From the NCBI GenBank assembly GCA_016748015.1, contig JAAOMT010000664.1:1673892-1737891 (forward strand): DNA of 64,000 nt, written 5' to 3'. Made by a program: the position numbers and the translations under genes. The notes beneath the pieces are model-generated. The model was not told where the DNA came from and made no database searches. It saw only the letters and a list, made by a program, of their open reading frames with translations. This document shows, piece by piece, positions 37,188 to 51,499 of this stretch (positions within the stretch are counted from its first letter, which is position 1; every line of letters starts with the position of its first letter). Source of the stretch: Geosiphon pyriformis uo1. Taxonomy: Eukaryota > Fungi > Glomeromycota.

Positions 37188-40064
37188 ACATAAAAACTTA
37201 ACAATTTTTGAAACCAAAACTTTCAACTTATAAAACTTAGAAGATTCTTTGATAAAACACTATTAAAACCTTTAAACTATTTTTTTTTAAACATTTTATT
37301 AGCTGATAGACACACAACTTTTCAAATGATATTTTACATTGCATTCAATTCTAAAAACCTTTTAGATATAACAAACTCATCAGCAAACATTGTAATATTA
37401 TTTATTGAAGCATCTTTAAATCTGAATCATTTGGTGCTATCAGTATTTTTGAAATCAAACTTTCAACAATTTTTATTAGTCTGTTTGTGAAAAAAATTCA
37501 ACTTCACATCTAGCAAATCTTCTAACTTTATAAAAATAGAAACAGTTTGATAATCAGAATTAAAGTAGTCACTAATATTCAAAATATTACAATTAATTAA
37601 TATATTAATTAGACTTAAAAATATAAATATGTAGTCAATTGTTTTCTCAGCACCTCTAAAATTTTTTTATGTTGAAATTTTCACAAACAAACTTTCTGCC
37701 AAAAAATTAACCAGCTCTAAATCAATACATTTTTTGAAATTAGCATTTTTACAAGAACCATCCTCATTAAAATTATCATCCAGGATTACAAAAAAAAATT
37801 CATTCATAGTCTTAGCAATTAGTAAGTTGATTTTCTCAGTCTGAAACATATGTGTTGCCAAAACAGCACTAGCATACAGTTTTAGAATCAAAACAGAGAG
37901 CTTATTCTTAAAAAGCAATTTAATAGATAACAATTAATTAGCAATTTCTGAAATTTTGTTTACATGTTATATTAACTTAGTGTTTATAATAATCACAACA
38001 CCAGAACCCAAATAGTCAGAGTTTAGACCAAAAGTAAATACTTAAATATCATCAAATTTGTTAACAATTCAAGAACAAATTTTTTTTTTAATTTTATTTT
38101 AATAACAATAGAAATCATATTGTTTATTTTTTTGTGCTAACAAATAACATCCTTTTACTTAACAAGATTATTTAAATTCTTAATATTGCATGTAGTAATT
38201 CTCTAAACAAAACCAGTTATTGAAATAAATAAAAACTCAAATCCAAAACATTATTGTTTACTTTAGTCAAAAGACATAAAACTGTATTTAAAAGATTTTT
38301 TAAACTGTTTTCTAACTTAGAAATTACTAAAAAATTTTAAAATGTTGCTTCTGTAACAGTTTTATTACCAGTGGCCATATCTAAACTTTTACTTATTATT
38401 ATATTTGTTTCTTGATTCTGTGATGAAGAGATTACTAATAGTTAATATTCAGAATTAGGCTAAGAAATTATTGGTCTAAATATGTTCAACTTTTTAGCCA
38501 ACTTACCAACTTGTTCTATAAGACTAGTAAAACTGCACTCAAAAGTGACAAACCTAATATTCAATTTATTAGACATGAATGGGATAAGCTTTATTTTTAA
38601 AGATAAACTAAAATTTACAGAACTACTTTGTATAAAAAGAGAAAAAAAAAAAATCTACCAACTACTTTAGCAATAAACATCAAACATTTAGCATATATGA
38701 CTGCCAGTCTGCTTTTATTTGCTTTTATCTGCTTCTAATAAGCTTTTACAAATTGAATCACCAAGAAACACTTTTTTACTTATAGTACAGTTTAATAATG
38801 TATGATTTCAACTCTCACACTTTACATACTTAGCCAAACTTAAATAAAACCAATATAAGTTGGTGTTTTTTAGCATTGGCATAGTTTTCATAACAGCTTC
38901 TAATAATTTAGCAGAATTAAAACAGATTACTGTATATCTAACTTAGATATATATAATTAAATAACAATTCATAACACATGTTTTTTTACTTATAGAACCA
39001 ATAAAATTCTAAATATTATGAGCATTTGTTCTTATTGACAATATGTAAAACAGTGCTTTAGTTTTGTTAATATTAGCTTTGGCTATGTATTTTGCATCTT
39101 TTTTAATTAAAACAGACCATATTGCTATAATTAGATCAATTTAATTTAAATAATCAAATTCAATTACAGTCTTTTATTATAGTTTTATCAGTTATATTTT
39201 AATCAATTTGATCTATCTAAATTCAAATAGTACAGCATACACAACATTAGTGGATATTTTAATTTGAATTTCTTTTACTACTATAGCCTAATCTAAATGC
39301 ATTGTTGATTTTTTAAGATTGATATTCACAATAATATTCTTGGCTTTTGCCAACTTAGTTGTCTGCACCAGATTAAATTCAGAAGTAAACATTGTTCTGA
39401 TAATTCCAACAAATTTTGAGAAAATAGATACTTCTTTAAAACTATTGATTTTTGAAAATAACTTTTTGATTGCCAAAAGCTTGTCTTAAAAAAATTTTCT
39501 AACAATATTACCCAAATTAATATTCAGAGCAAATAACTTTCTAATAGTAACATTAATTAAATTTTTGAAAAAAGAGAGAAAAATTAATGAGACATCTAAT
39601 AAGATGTTAATTTTTTCCAAAAATGGTTTTAAAGTCTTCTTGGTTTTAAACTATAAACTTTTTGGTATTTGGTTAGACTTTTCCCTATTGGAAACATTGC
39701 TCTTACTATAATTAACACTAGTTTTTATTACCAAATAATTTTCTTCCATATTAATACTATTGGATTTAATAGTGTTACCAGTTTTAAAGTTCTAAGAATG
39801 ATTATTCAATATTTTAGTAGAAATTATTTTGTCTTTAATACTGTTTTTCAATGCATCATCTTTTTTTTTTAGAGAAAACTTGTTTGCTATTATTATTAAG
39901 GCCAGAATTTTTGATAAACTTCTTTATAATAGCAACACTAAAACCAATAATAGTCTTATAATTGAGCAAAAAAAGTTTGAATTTATTGTACTGAATAATT
40001 AAAAAACTTTTTTTCAACAATTGTGTACTTTTTGGTAAGTTTTTGGATGTAAAAGAGAGTTTTT

Positions 40065-41405
40065 TATGCTTTATCAATTTTCAAAAAAGTTAGAAGAGGA
40101 ACGTTTTTTAATGTAGTTTACAATAATATTTTCAACAAACTTTAATATTATTCACATTATTATGGGAGGGTTTTCTTGGTATATTTTAATTGTTGATATC
40201 CTGTTTTAATTGCAATCAGTCTCTTGTGAGTTCCTCAATTTTATGTGTTAAATATTAATAATAATGTACTGAAGATTTTTCTTGATGTTGTGATGTAAGT
40301 TTTTTTTTTAATTCTAGTTGTCTTTATATGTTGTGTACTCCTTCTTAGAGGCTAATCTGAAATCTATTCACTGTTTAAAGTCTTCTCTAAGACTATTCTT
40401 GCAATTGCCTAATGTGTTTTTCTAATCTAAAAACACAAAATGTTAATGACCTTTTTGTAATTTTCTTAAGTATATAATAAAGCTTTTTTAATTTAATTAG
40501 TAATCACATAAATAATCTTGATCAGAGATTATTCTTCCAAAGAGTTCAAAGATAGAATGATAGTTTTATTTACTAAAAAGGGTATGTGAATTCTATTGTT
40601 AATTTTGTAATTGTGATGTTAATTCAATTTATTATTTTTATTAATTCTTTTTGAATAAGATTTTATTTAGATATTTATTGCTTTGAGTTAAAGCTGTTCA
40701 ATTTTTTATTATTAGAAACTATTGTATATATATATAATTATTATTTTATAAAATAATGTCTTATAATATTCTATTTCCATTATTTCTAAATAGTGCTTGC
40801 TGCTTTTACATGATAGTGTTTACTGCTATTGTAAAATAGTACTTGTTGTTATTTGTAAATCATTTTTTTTTTTATAAATTGTTGCTGTGCTATTTTATAA
40901 TTGGCTAATTTATATTATTTATAATTCCTATTAAAATTTTTGAACTGTAACAACATGATGCTAAAATAATTTATAATCTTATTATGGTCTTAATCAATGA
41001 AACTATTTAAAAAAATATTCATCAAATAAAAAAAGCAAAATATATTAAATATATAATAAAATTAACTGGATTTGATTATAAAAATGAAGTAAAAACCTAC
41101 TACCAGATTATAAGTTATGTTTATTTAACCAAAAAAGCTTAAATTTAACAATTAAAGCAAATAAATATTTAACTGTACAAAAATATGTCATGTTTTGTAA
41201 TAATAAATAGTGTTTAGAATACTATGCCCTTAATATTTCACTACTTAATAGAAACAATAAATATGAAATCGAATTTAAAAAAACTGAATCAATAAAAAAA
41301 ATTACAACCATACTTATTTATTTAATTAAAAATCAGCTTGTTATACAACTTAAATATTTTAATAATAATGGTCAAAAAATAAAGCCAAAAAAAGCCCATA
41401 AAATT
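40065..41405 (+). pseudogene. Old family-A-like pol fragment (Cys-rich region to dUTPase start), split by a solo LTR and flanked by both LINEs
   Basis: YALSIFKKVRRGTFFNVVYNNIFNKL*YYSH|DAKIIYNLIMVLIN..KYFNNNGQKIKPKKAH matches the A-family protein. Confidence 0.8.
40158..40952 (-). repeat. Solo LTR related to family B
   Basis: Reverse complement resembles the B LTR (TGTTACAGTT.. / ..GAAAACC); TSD ACAT on both sides. Confidence 0.85.
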
Positions 41406-41820
41406 TTATTTTTATTACATTTTACGAGTAAGATCCAAATACTACTTAGTACATTACATCAAATAATTGATCTAAACTAGGCATAAATCATGCATTTTCT
41501 ATACACAACCAGCCACTCAGACCAATCAGAACCACACTAAGCACCTATATGTACTAAAACTGAGTCTTTGATACCTAAGAAAAACAAACAAAACTTATAA
41601 AATCCAAAACCAATACCAATTGTCTTAGCAATATCCAGCAATTTGACTATATCTGCAGAAAGTATTGTAGACAGTCCAGAAACTAAAACTGGAGCTAAAC
41701 CATTATGCAGTATCATTTCACTCTTCTCCATATAGGCATAATGCTTAGTACAAACCACCCAAATCTCATTCCTAAAGGCAAAACATAAGTTGTACACAAA
41801 TTCTACAATCTTCTAACCAG

Positions 41821-42785
41821 TATTACCAGAGGTTTTTGGTCTCTTTTCTGTAATGTTGTTGATACTTATTTGCTGTGAATTCACGTTTTCTGGATGTGGT
41901 TAAACCTCCAGTAACTGAATTTCTAACTTCAAATTATCTCTTATAATTTGAACTTGCTGGGCTTATGAATGGAATGGCCAATTCCATGCCAGTTGCTTTA
42001 TGTAGTTACATTGTAGTAAACATCAACTTTTTCCCAGGAATTGCTCGTTTAGAAGCTCACTAAAAATGTGGAGTTACTTTTGCTGTGAAAGTCAACTCTT
42101 CTACAGGAATCTCGTCTGTAGGCTACTCTAATAATTGTAATAAGAAAAGAAAAGAAAATAAAAGAAATGTAAAAGAAATAGGATTTTATCAAGAGAAACG
42201 TTTTCTATCTAGGCCTAGAGTCACTAACAGTTCACTGAAATTGGTAGTTAATCAATTTTAAAACGTTAGTTGGGTTTTGAGGATTTTTCAAGTACAATAA
42301 TTTAAAGAATTTGGTTTTTCAAATTTATTTGATATTTATTTCTTTTTGTGTGTATAAGAACAGTTTTTAAGAGATAAATCTAAAGTAAGATATATTTTCT
42401 CGAAGAGAGAAGCTTTTCTTTTATACAACTTGTTGTAACACTATTCTATAAACTTAAACTTTGCTATTTTCTACAATTTTGCTGAACTAAAGATACATTT
42501 CGGCAAACTATTAGATATTTCGGTAAACTATCAATTATTTCGGCGAATTTCTACAAATTTCAGTAAACTTCTGAATGTTACATAGTTCGAGGTATTGCAT
42601 GATTGATCATCGCAATTAGGTTACATTTGTGTTGTGTACAATTTGGGTTATTAATTAAATGATAATTTCGAACATTTTTGCTAATGTAATAAGTGATCAT
42701 TTGAAACGATAATATATGCTAATTAATGATAGGAATTATAAGATAATTTCATGTTAAATAATATCTCTAATTTCGTCTAGTAACA
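41821..42785 (-). repeat. A3 3' LTR
   Basis: Matches 49919-50903. Confidence 0.93.
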
Positions 42786-42819
42786 TAACTTCCTCCTCAA
42801 GACTGAGTTCTGTCAAAGT

Positions 42820-43473
42820 CCAAGTACTGTCTGTTATTTCCAGATAATAATCCAAAATTATTAAAGAAATTTGGTCTGAAAATTGTTAAAATTTCAGTTC
42901 TGTGAGCTTTCCAATGTATTGAATCTTCAAAGGTTGTAAAATTGAGTTTTGTAGAATGTTTTCACAGATGTGGAATAGGTCATAAAGTCTAAGAGCAGCT
43001 CTAAGCCTGTAGCAACTGTTTGTTGATCCAGCTGTTGTCTTGAATTTGTTGTGGAGTTGTTTCTGAATAGCTTCTTTTGTGAGATTTGCTGTTGTAAGCT
43101 CCAGTTTCCATTCATAGAGTGTTTTTCCAATGTGAAAATATCTATAGATTAGAGGATATTCAGTGTTTTCCTCATTGAAACACAGTTGAAGTTTTTGTTG
43201 AATAGTAGTATTTGGTGAAATACTAATAGGAGTGAGCATTAAGTTTTTTCTTAAAGCAAGCTTTAAAAGTTCTGGCAGGTGAATTCCAGTATAATTTCTT
43301 GTGTTCTTTTTATACGGGTGATATTTTCATGAATTTGGGGCTAATTTTGTAACTACTTCTGTTTGGGTATAATTTATGTGGTTTCCAGTAACAGTAATGG
43401 ATAATTCGGGTATTGTTTTTAAAGCTAACATTAGTTTTTGGGATAATTGTTGAATGTTTTGAGGAATAGTCAT
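42820..43473 (-). pseudogene. A3 ORF3
   Basis: ATG at 43473 (MTIPQNIQQL); the 117-aa fragment 42886..43239 is homologous to A1/A2 ORF3. Confidence 0.8.
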
Positions 43474-43713
43474 TATAAGCAATTGAAAAAAAATAAAAAA
43501 ATAATTTTTGGTGTATGGGTTTTTATGCTATTTTTGTTTTGTTTTTGTGAGATTGTTTCTAAATTATAAGAGAATAACTAGTAAAATTAAATNNNNNNNN
43601 NNNNNNNNNNNNNNNNNNNNNNNNNNNNNNNNNNNNNNNNNNNNNNNNNNNNNNNNNNNNNNNNNNNNNNNNNNNNNNNNNNNNNNNNNNNNNNNNNNNN
43701 NNNNNNNNNNNNN

Positions 43714-44212
43714 CTTCAGGCCATTTAGTAAGATAGTCTACAGCTACTGCAATATAATGGTTTCCTTGAGTGGTAATAGATAGTGGTCCGACTAAATTGA
43801 TACCAACTCTGTCAAAAGGCTGTTCAACTTTGATTGGATTTAAAGGTTCTGTAGGGCGAGTTCCTTCTCTTCTTTGACAACTATCACAAGATTCGACATA
43901 TTCGTGAATGTCTTTTCTCATTCAAGGCCAAAAGTAGTATTCTAGTGTTCTTTGGGTGGTGCTATCTTTTCTGAAGTGTGCCGATGAAGGATCTGAGTGC
44001 ATATTGTATAAAATGGTCTCTTTTTCCTGTTCTTGTATTAATCTGAGTGGTTTGGTTGGGTTTTTGAAATTTTGATGATAGATAATGTTGTTGTGTAGAA
44101 AATATTGTTTGGCTTGTTGTTGTAACCAATGTTTTTCATTTGGGGACCAATCTGTTGGGATTGTTAATGTTTCCAAATATTGTTTGAGATTGTTGTAGTT
44201 TTCGGGGTTTAT
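43714..44212 (-). pseudogene. A3 integrase N-terminal part
   Basis: HSDPSSAHF..CDSCQRR..FDRVGINLVGP. Confidence 0.88.
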
Positions 44213-44237
44213 TGTTTGTTGTTTTGATGCTGTCAAT

Positions 44238-47200
44238 TCAATTGGGTGTTGGTTTTGTTTTATAATCTTGCCTTATTCTTGAGAGACAATCAACGTTGGT
44301 GTGGAGTTTTCCTGGTTTGTGGTGTACAATGTATTGGTAATTAGCTAAAAATCCTGTCCATTGAGTTTGTTTTGTGTTCAGCTGGGTGTTTTTGTTTTGA
44401 AACCATTTAAGTCCAATATTATCAGTGATAATATCGAATTCTTTGGGTCTAAGGTAAAAGTTGAAGTGATGTAGGGCCCAGATTACTGCTGCGGTTTCTA
44501 ATTCTGTTGCAGGGTAGTTCTTTTTGGCTGGCTTTAATGTTCTACTAGCATAAGCAATTACTCGCTCATTTCTATTGTCATCTAACTGTAATAGGATGGC
44601 ACCAAAGGCAGTATAAGAGGCATCAGTTGCTAACCGGAATCGGTTGCTAAAATCTGGGTAGGCAATGATTGGAGCTGTTGTGAGTTTTTTCTTAAGTATT
44701 TCGAAGGCATTTTGGTGTTTTTCTGTCTATTTGTATTCGATATTTTTAGTAGTGAGCTGGTTGAGGGGTTTTGCAATTTCTGAAAATCCTTTGATGAATT
44801 TTCGGTAATAGGATGCTAATCCAATAAATCCTCTTAATTCTGTGGTATTTCGTGGAGTCTTGAAGTTCTTGACAGTACTGATCTTTCCGGGGTCTGGTTT
44901 AATTCTATCTTTGCTAACAATGTGACCAAGAAAAGCTAAACTTGTTTTTCCAAAGTAGCATTTTTCAATGTTTAGTTTCAATCCTGCTTTCCGTAATTGT
45001 TGAAAAACTTCTCACAAGTGAATTAAATGTAGCTCAAAAGATGGTGAATAAACATCAGTGTTATCAAGATAAACTACTACTGATTTCCAAAGGAGGCCTT
45101 TGTAAACAACATCCATGAGTCTTTGGAATGTTGCTGATGCATTGCATAATCTAAAAGGCATTACATTGAACTTGTAATTTCCTCCTTGAGTGGTGAATGC
45201 TGTATTGGGGTGGTCTTTGGGATCCATAGCAACTTGCCAGTATCCACTCTCTAAATCCAATGTTGAAAAGTATTTGGACTTTCCAAGGGCATCCAACATG
45301 TCATCAATTCGGGGAAGAGGGTAGGCATCCCCAATGGTGATACTGTTGAGTTGTCGGTAATCAACACAAAATCATATCTTTCCATTTTTCTTTTTAACTA
45401 GGACCACAGGTAAGGCCCATGGGCTCATTGATGGTTGAATAAGCCCATTGTTAAGCATCTGTTGTACTTCTTCTCGGATAAATTGGTAAATTTCTAGAGC
45501 AACTCAGTAGGCTTGTTGTCGTCTGGGTTTGGCATCTCCTGTATAGATTTGGTGTTAAACCAAATCAGTTCTTCCTAAGTCATTGTTGTTTTCAGCGAAG
45601 ATATCAGCAAATTCTGCAATTAGTTCTTTGAGCTGGGTCTGTTGTTGTAGTTCAAGTTGTTTCATGTTGATTTGAGGTAGTTTTTCCATGACAACATGGT
45701 AGTTCTCAGAGCTAGGGTTTGGGTTGATTTTCGGTAGTGAATGTCCAATAATTTCAGGGAAATTGGGGACTGTTTGGGGTAATTCTTGTTGAAATATATT
45801 ATTGTGAATAACTCCAATTTCTAAATTATTTAATAAAATTATGGGGTAATTATTGGGGTTGTAAAAAGTAACTCGGACTTTCTTTGTTCCTTCTGGAATA
45901 TAAATGTTTGGGATCAAAATATTATGTTCCAAGCAGACTTGTTTATTGGACTCAAAAATTTGTTGTGTGGTTGTTGGCTTTGTGCAAGTGTAGATTTCCG
46001 GATGTTCTCCAAAGAGTGAGATGGTAATCGGTTGTGGAAGTCTGAGAATCTGGTGGGATTCGTTCTGTGTATTAAGAGCTATATTAACTGGAACTGTGAA
46101 TTGTCCAGTTGAACCAAAACCTTGGGTTCCTCTATTGCTCTTTCTTAATTGCTCTCTTTGATTGACTAGTTGCAAACCTGAAATGTTGATTAAGAGTAGG
46201 TAAATAGCTTGGGCAATTTTTTCAGCATGTTCGATCTTGAATGGTTTGTCAGTTTCATTTTAAAGCATCACTGTTATGTCTCCAGTATATCCAGCATCGA
46301 TTATTCCTCCTCTGACATTGATTCCTTTGCTTGCCAAAGAGAACCGGGAGGCGATTTGAACCATTGCTCCTGGCGGGATTTCGAGTGCAATTTTGAGGTT
46401 GATTTTTGTAAGAGATTTGGGTTTGAGAACAAGAGTATCCTTGCCTGGATATCTTAGGTCATATCTAGTATCAATTTCGTGTGCTTTTTCAGGTTTTATT
46501 CCTTGTCCATTGTTGTTGAAGTATTTAAGTTGTAAGGCAGGCTAATTTTCGATAAGGTAGATAGGTGTTGTTTCAATTTCTTCCGTTTTTTCAGGTTCTC
46601 CAAATTCAATTTCATTCTCATCATTTTTGCTGGGCAAGGGAATACTAAGAGCATAGCATTCAGGACACCATTGTTCATCGCAAGGCATAATGCATTCTTC
46701 ACATAGCCTAATGTTCATTTGCTCTAATCATTGAATTTGAGCTTCTTGGGTCGGATAGGTGTGACTTGCAATTTGGTGGTAGACTTCTACTTCATCTTTG
46801 TAATCAAATCCAGCTAATTCCATAGTGTATTCAATGTATTCTGCTTCCTTCATTTGACGAACATCTTCTTTGGTAGCTCCATTAATTAATGCTATTGCTA
46901 AGTCAAAAATCATCTCGGCATCATGAGGGTAGTGATAAAGTTTGTTAAGAGCATTATTGTATGCTGCATTAAAGGGTGTTCTTCTTTTTACTTTTTCTGA
47001 AATTGATAAAGCATATTGGCAGGTCTGATTGCAGATGCCTCCTCTCATTGCTACATCAATCCAATTGCATTCTTCCGGTAGCATATCTCCACAAGTCAAA
47101 CAAGGGGCATTGTCCCATTTTCTGCTCCTTTTTATTAGATGGCCCATCACTCTCTGTGGCAAGCCTTGCAGTAATAACAAGTATGATTCTCATATTTTTC

Positions 47201-49876
47201 TTCAGGTGAAATACAGGCTCCCATTGACAATAGTTTCTTGTGGCAGTCCTTACATTTAAGGGGAATATAGGGGCGTTGTTTCCTTGGTTCAGGTTTTAAG
47301 TAAGGTATATTCCATCCAGAGGTTTCAGGTTTAGTGTGTGAGATAAAATGTTCTTGTTCTGTTTCATCGGCCCAGTTGGACGTTGATCCAAGAGCCATAA
47401 ATGTTTCGATTATTTGTTTTTTTTCTTCTGGTTCAAATTCAAAAGCTGGGGCTTTTTCAGAGCATTTGTTGAATGTACCACAAATGGCAGGTACCCGGGC
47501 GTGTTGTCTTTGGTAGGAGATTGTTAACTCTTGTGTTTCCCAATTCAGATTAGCATTGGCTTTTTGAAGCCAATCATTTCTGATGAGAGCTTAGTACTGA
47601 GATGCATCCATTACAAGAACTTTGACTGGAATGGTGATTCCATTAAGAGTGAACGGAAAATTGTCAATTTCTTCTACTGGTGTTTTTTTCATGCCATCGG
47701 CAGTGACGATTACTGTTTGAGCTGGTTGGTCGACATTTCTTTTTAACTGTTGCATTAACTGGTAGGTGATAATGCTTCCGGTAGATTCACTGTCTAGAAT
47801 CAAGCGAATTGGCTTTTCTTCTACTTTAGCTTCTGTGTACATTGCAGTGATGGCTTTTTGCTCATTAGCCGCTGCATTGCTAAGCAAGAATGGTGATTCA
47901 TTTGCTTCAAATTCAAAAGGAAAGATATTAGAGAGATTGGCGTTTTCAGCAATTTGGGCTGATGGAATAGTAGTGTGATTATGAGAAAGATTTTGTTGTT
48001 GTTGTGCTGCAGCTCTACCTTCCAAGAGTGCAGTATAGTGAAAATCCTGTTCTTCTGGCATTGTTAAATAACTGGGTTGAGTGTGGTAGTGGTTGGGTCT
48101 TGGTTGAGTGGAATTTTGGGGAACTAATTGGTTGTTCAAACTGATTCTATTGTTGTTTAATTGGTATCGGTTTTGTGGTGTGAATTGATTTTGTGTAATC
48201 AGTCTTTGAGTAGGTACTTGATAATGTTGTGTGGGTGGTCATTGGTATTGCTGTTGGATTGGTTGTGGGGCGGGCTGATAATAGTTATTTTGGTATTGGG
48301 GTCTTGGTGGATAGTAAGCTGGTGGTGATGGTTGATAATAAGATTGCTGTGGTGGAGAGTAATGTTGATTACCCCTGTTTTGTTGGTCTCGCTGTAGCTT
48401 TCTGCAATCTCTTTTCCAGTGGCCAGAGATTCCACAGTAATGGCAATTCTGGGGCTGGTTATTGGAAAGTGGTGCAAAGTTATTTTGATTTCGTCTTTGG
48501 GATGGTTAATATCTTTGGGGTTGTTGTTGTTGTTGTTGGTTGGTAAAATAGTTTTTGACCTTCTTTGTAAGTTGGTCAATTTTTTGCTCAGCTGCTGAGC
48601 TGGTTTCTCTAATTGCCAAATTTACAAGTTTTGTATGATTGGCCTCTTCCATGGCCATTTCATATTTTTTCGCATGCTGTATGGCAGAGTTTAAATCTTC
48701 TGGTGCGTGTGGGTGAACTTTTTTAATTAGTTTATCTTTTAGACCAGCGATAAATTGATCCAAGATTTGAGCATCGGAATAATAATTGTTTGTCTCGAGT
48801 TGGCAAATCCGTCTGAAAAGTTTGTTGAATTTTCCAATATAAGTCATAATGAATTTGGAGGGTTTTTGTTTGATATTTCGAAAATGATTGCGAAGAGTAA
48901 TGGAGGTATTATTGTCGGTGAACTGTTCAAGGAAAGCTTCTTTGAAAGCGTTCCAATTATTGAATGGGACGGCCAGGTTTTTAAACCATTCTCCTGCTGT
49001 TCCTTTGAGAAAGTATGGAATTGTTCTTAACATTCTGGTGGCATTCTATCTATTTGTATCTCTGGCTTTAGTAACTTGGTTGAGCCATTCTTGAGGACTG
49101 GTCTCAATGTCTTCTCCATTAAAGTCAGGGATTTTTGTGATATATGTTGTCATTTTGTCTCCTTCGTTTTCACTGTCTATTGATTCTTCTTCAATTATTT
49201 CAGAGTGGTTTTCTTCGTTTGCTGCTGTCTCAGAGTGTTCACTTTGATTTTCAGCTAAAAAATCAAGGAGATTGGAACTAGTTTGAAGAGGTTCTTATTG
49301 TCTGGTGGGACTTCTGAGTGATGTAAAATCTTCTGGTCTTGTAAATTGATTCAAGGGTGAATTAGGTGTTTGTGCTTGTGCAAGTGAAACTGGAAAAGGT
49401 GTGATAGTAAGTGAGAGTTTTGAGCTGGTTTCTTGTTCAGGTGTTTGTAGATGTTTGAATGATATTTTGGGAGTATTGGGTGTTGTGTGAACAGGTTGGT
49501 TATCTTTTTGTCTTTTGTTGCTACTGGTTTCAGGTTCAGATTCGAGTTCAAAGGCAAATTGTGCGTTTGCAGGATATTTTTCTTTACAGAATTGAATAAT
49601 ATTATAATCAAGTTTTTCAAAATAAGTAGCACAAGCTTCAGCACTAATGTTTTCTGATTCAGTATTAGAATAGTGTAGTATGTTCTCAAGAAGATCTCTT
49701 TTAACTATTGTAATATTATAGTTCTCAAAGAGGTAGTTGTTGATTCGATTTTCGATGTATTGAAAAAGTGTTTTCTTGAAAGCTATGATTCCGTTGCGTA
49801 TTTCAAATCATTGTTTACAGTGTGTATAAATCGATTGATAGTACTCTAAGGTTGTAATGTCTGAGGCAGTTGCCAC
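44238..49876 (-). pseudogene. A3 gag-PR-Cys-rich-dUTPase-RT-RH polyprotein, disrupted
   Basis: Capsid 48506..49033, LILDSES, RGTQGFGSTG, STLDLESGYWQ, YLDN and LRGFIGLASYYRKF. Confidence 0.92.
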
Positions 49877-49918
49877 TTTAAATTTGTTGCTGTGTTATTT
49901 CCATGGGAGAGCACCAAA

Positions 49919-50903
49919 TGTTACCAGAGGTTTTTGGTCTCTTTTCTGTAATGTTGTTGATACTTATTTGCTGTGAATTCACGTTTTTTGGATGTGGTTG
50001 AACCTCCAGTAACTGAATTTTTAACTTCAAATTATCTCCTATAATTTGAACTTGCTGGGCTTATGAATGGAATGGCCAATTCTGTGCCAGTTGCTTTATG
50101 TAGTTACATTGTAGTAAATGTCAACTCTTTCCCAGGAATTGCTCATCTGAAAGCTCACTAAAAATGTGTAGTTACTTTTGCTGTGAAAGTTAACTCTTCT
50201 ACAGAAATCTTGTCTGTAGGCTACCCTAATAATTGTAATAAGAAAATAAAAGAAAATAAAAGAAATATAAAAGAAATAGGATTTTATCAAAGAAAACGTT
50301 TTCTATCCAGGCCTGGAGTCACTAACAGTTTACTGAAATTGGTAGCTAATCAATTTCAAAACGTTAATTGGGTTTTGAGGATTTTCCAAGTGCAATAATT
50401 TAAAGAATTTGGTTTTTCGAATTTATTTGATATTTATTTCTTTTTGTGTGTATAAAAACGGTTTTTAAGAGATAAATCTAAAGTAAGATATATTTTCTCG
50501 AAGAGAGAAGCTCTTCTTTTATACAACTTGTTGTAACACTATTCTATGAACTTGAACTTTGCTATTTTCTACAATTTTGCTGAACTAAAGATACATTTCG
50601 GCAAACTACAAGTTATTTCGGCAAACTATTAGATATTTCAGTGAATTATCAATTATTTCGGTGAATTTCTACAAATTTTGGCAAACTTCTGAATGTTACA
50701 TAGTTCGGGGTATTGCATGATTGATCATCGCAATTAGGTTACATTTGTGTTGTGTACAATTTGGGTTATTAATTAAATGATAATTTCAGACATTTTTGCT
50801 AATGTAATAAGTGATCATTTGAAATGATAATATATGCTAATTAATGATAGGAATTATAAGATAATTTCATGCTAAATAATATCTCTAATTTCATCTAGTA
50901 ACA
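49919..50903 (-). repeat. A3 5' LTR
   Basis: TGTTACCAGA...TCTAGTAACA. Confidence 0.93.
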
Positions 50904-51499
50904 CCAGCTATTTTGACATCCCTGAAAACAGACATAGCTTTCCAAAGCCACTTTTTAAAAACAAAGTTCTTACAAAAAGCTGTGTAAACTGCAACATTTG
51001 AAATACAAAAGGACAGAAACTGAGAAACACTTAAAAAGAAAACAGAAAGACCAGTAAGTACACCCCAAGCAGTGACATGAACATTTAACAAGTGATAACA
51101 CACAGAATTATCAACTATGCAAGAAAAGGCATGATCAGAAATCTCTATCTCATCACAATACAAACACAATACACTGGGGTAATATTTGTCATATAGGCAC
51201 TTCTGAACAGCAACTGACAGCCAATGGTGTAAAGCTTTCATAAAATATGTGTGAGCACCAGCTATAGATTTACTAGTAAAACCAGCAGCCATGTGCAAGT
51301 TTGGATGCCATATCAATAATGAGTTAAGCCAATTAATGTCCAAGTACAGACTACTATCTAAGACTCTTGAACCTAAACCAACTTCTTAGTGCACATGATG
51401 AATAAACTGAAAAACCCCATAAACAAAATGTCTAGAATTACCAGAAATAATATTATTTTTAGCTAAAATACAATGTTCTTTCACACAAAAAAGAAGACA

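Larger units (their letters stand above)
27223..40062 (-). mobile_element. LINE-1: 5' part of a decayed non-LTR retrotransposon (ORF1 and APE endonuclease), in pieces 27223-27360 and 37192-40062, split by A2
   Basis: Colinear with LINE-2 55110-57890. The endonuclease shows FFVILDDNFNED and the ORF1 remnants resemble LINE-2 ORF1. The frame is restored across A2 after removing TSD ACAT. Confidence 0.85.
41821..50903 (-). mobile_element. A3: family-A Ty3/gypsy element (most of integrase lost at the N gap)
   Basis: LTRs 41821-42785 and 49919-50903, TSD CCAG, PBS and PPT. Confidence 0.95.

Noticed and set aside
43593-43713. Apparent integrase deletion in A3 (and RT loss at 10540-10559 in B)
   Set aside because: Both coincide with N gaps, so they cannot be called biological.
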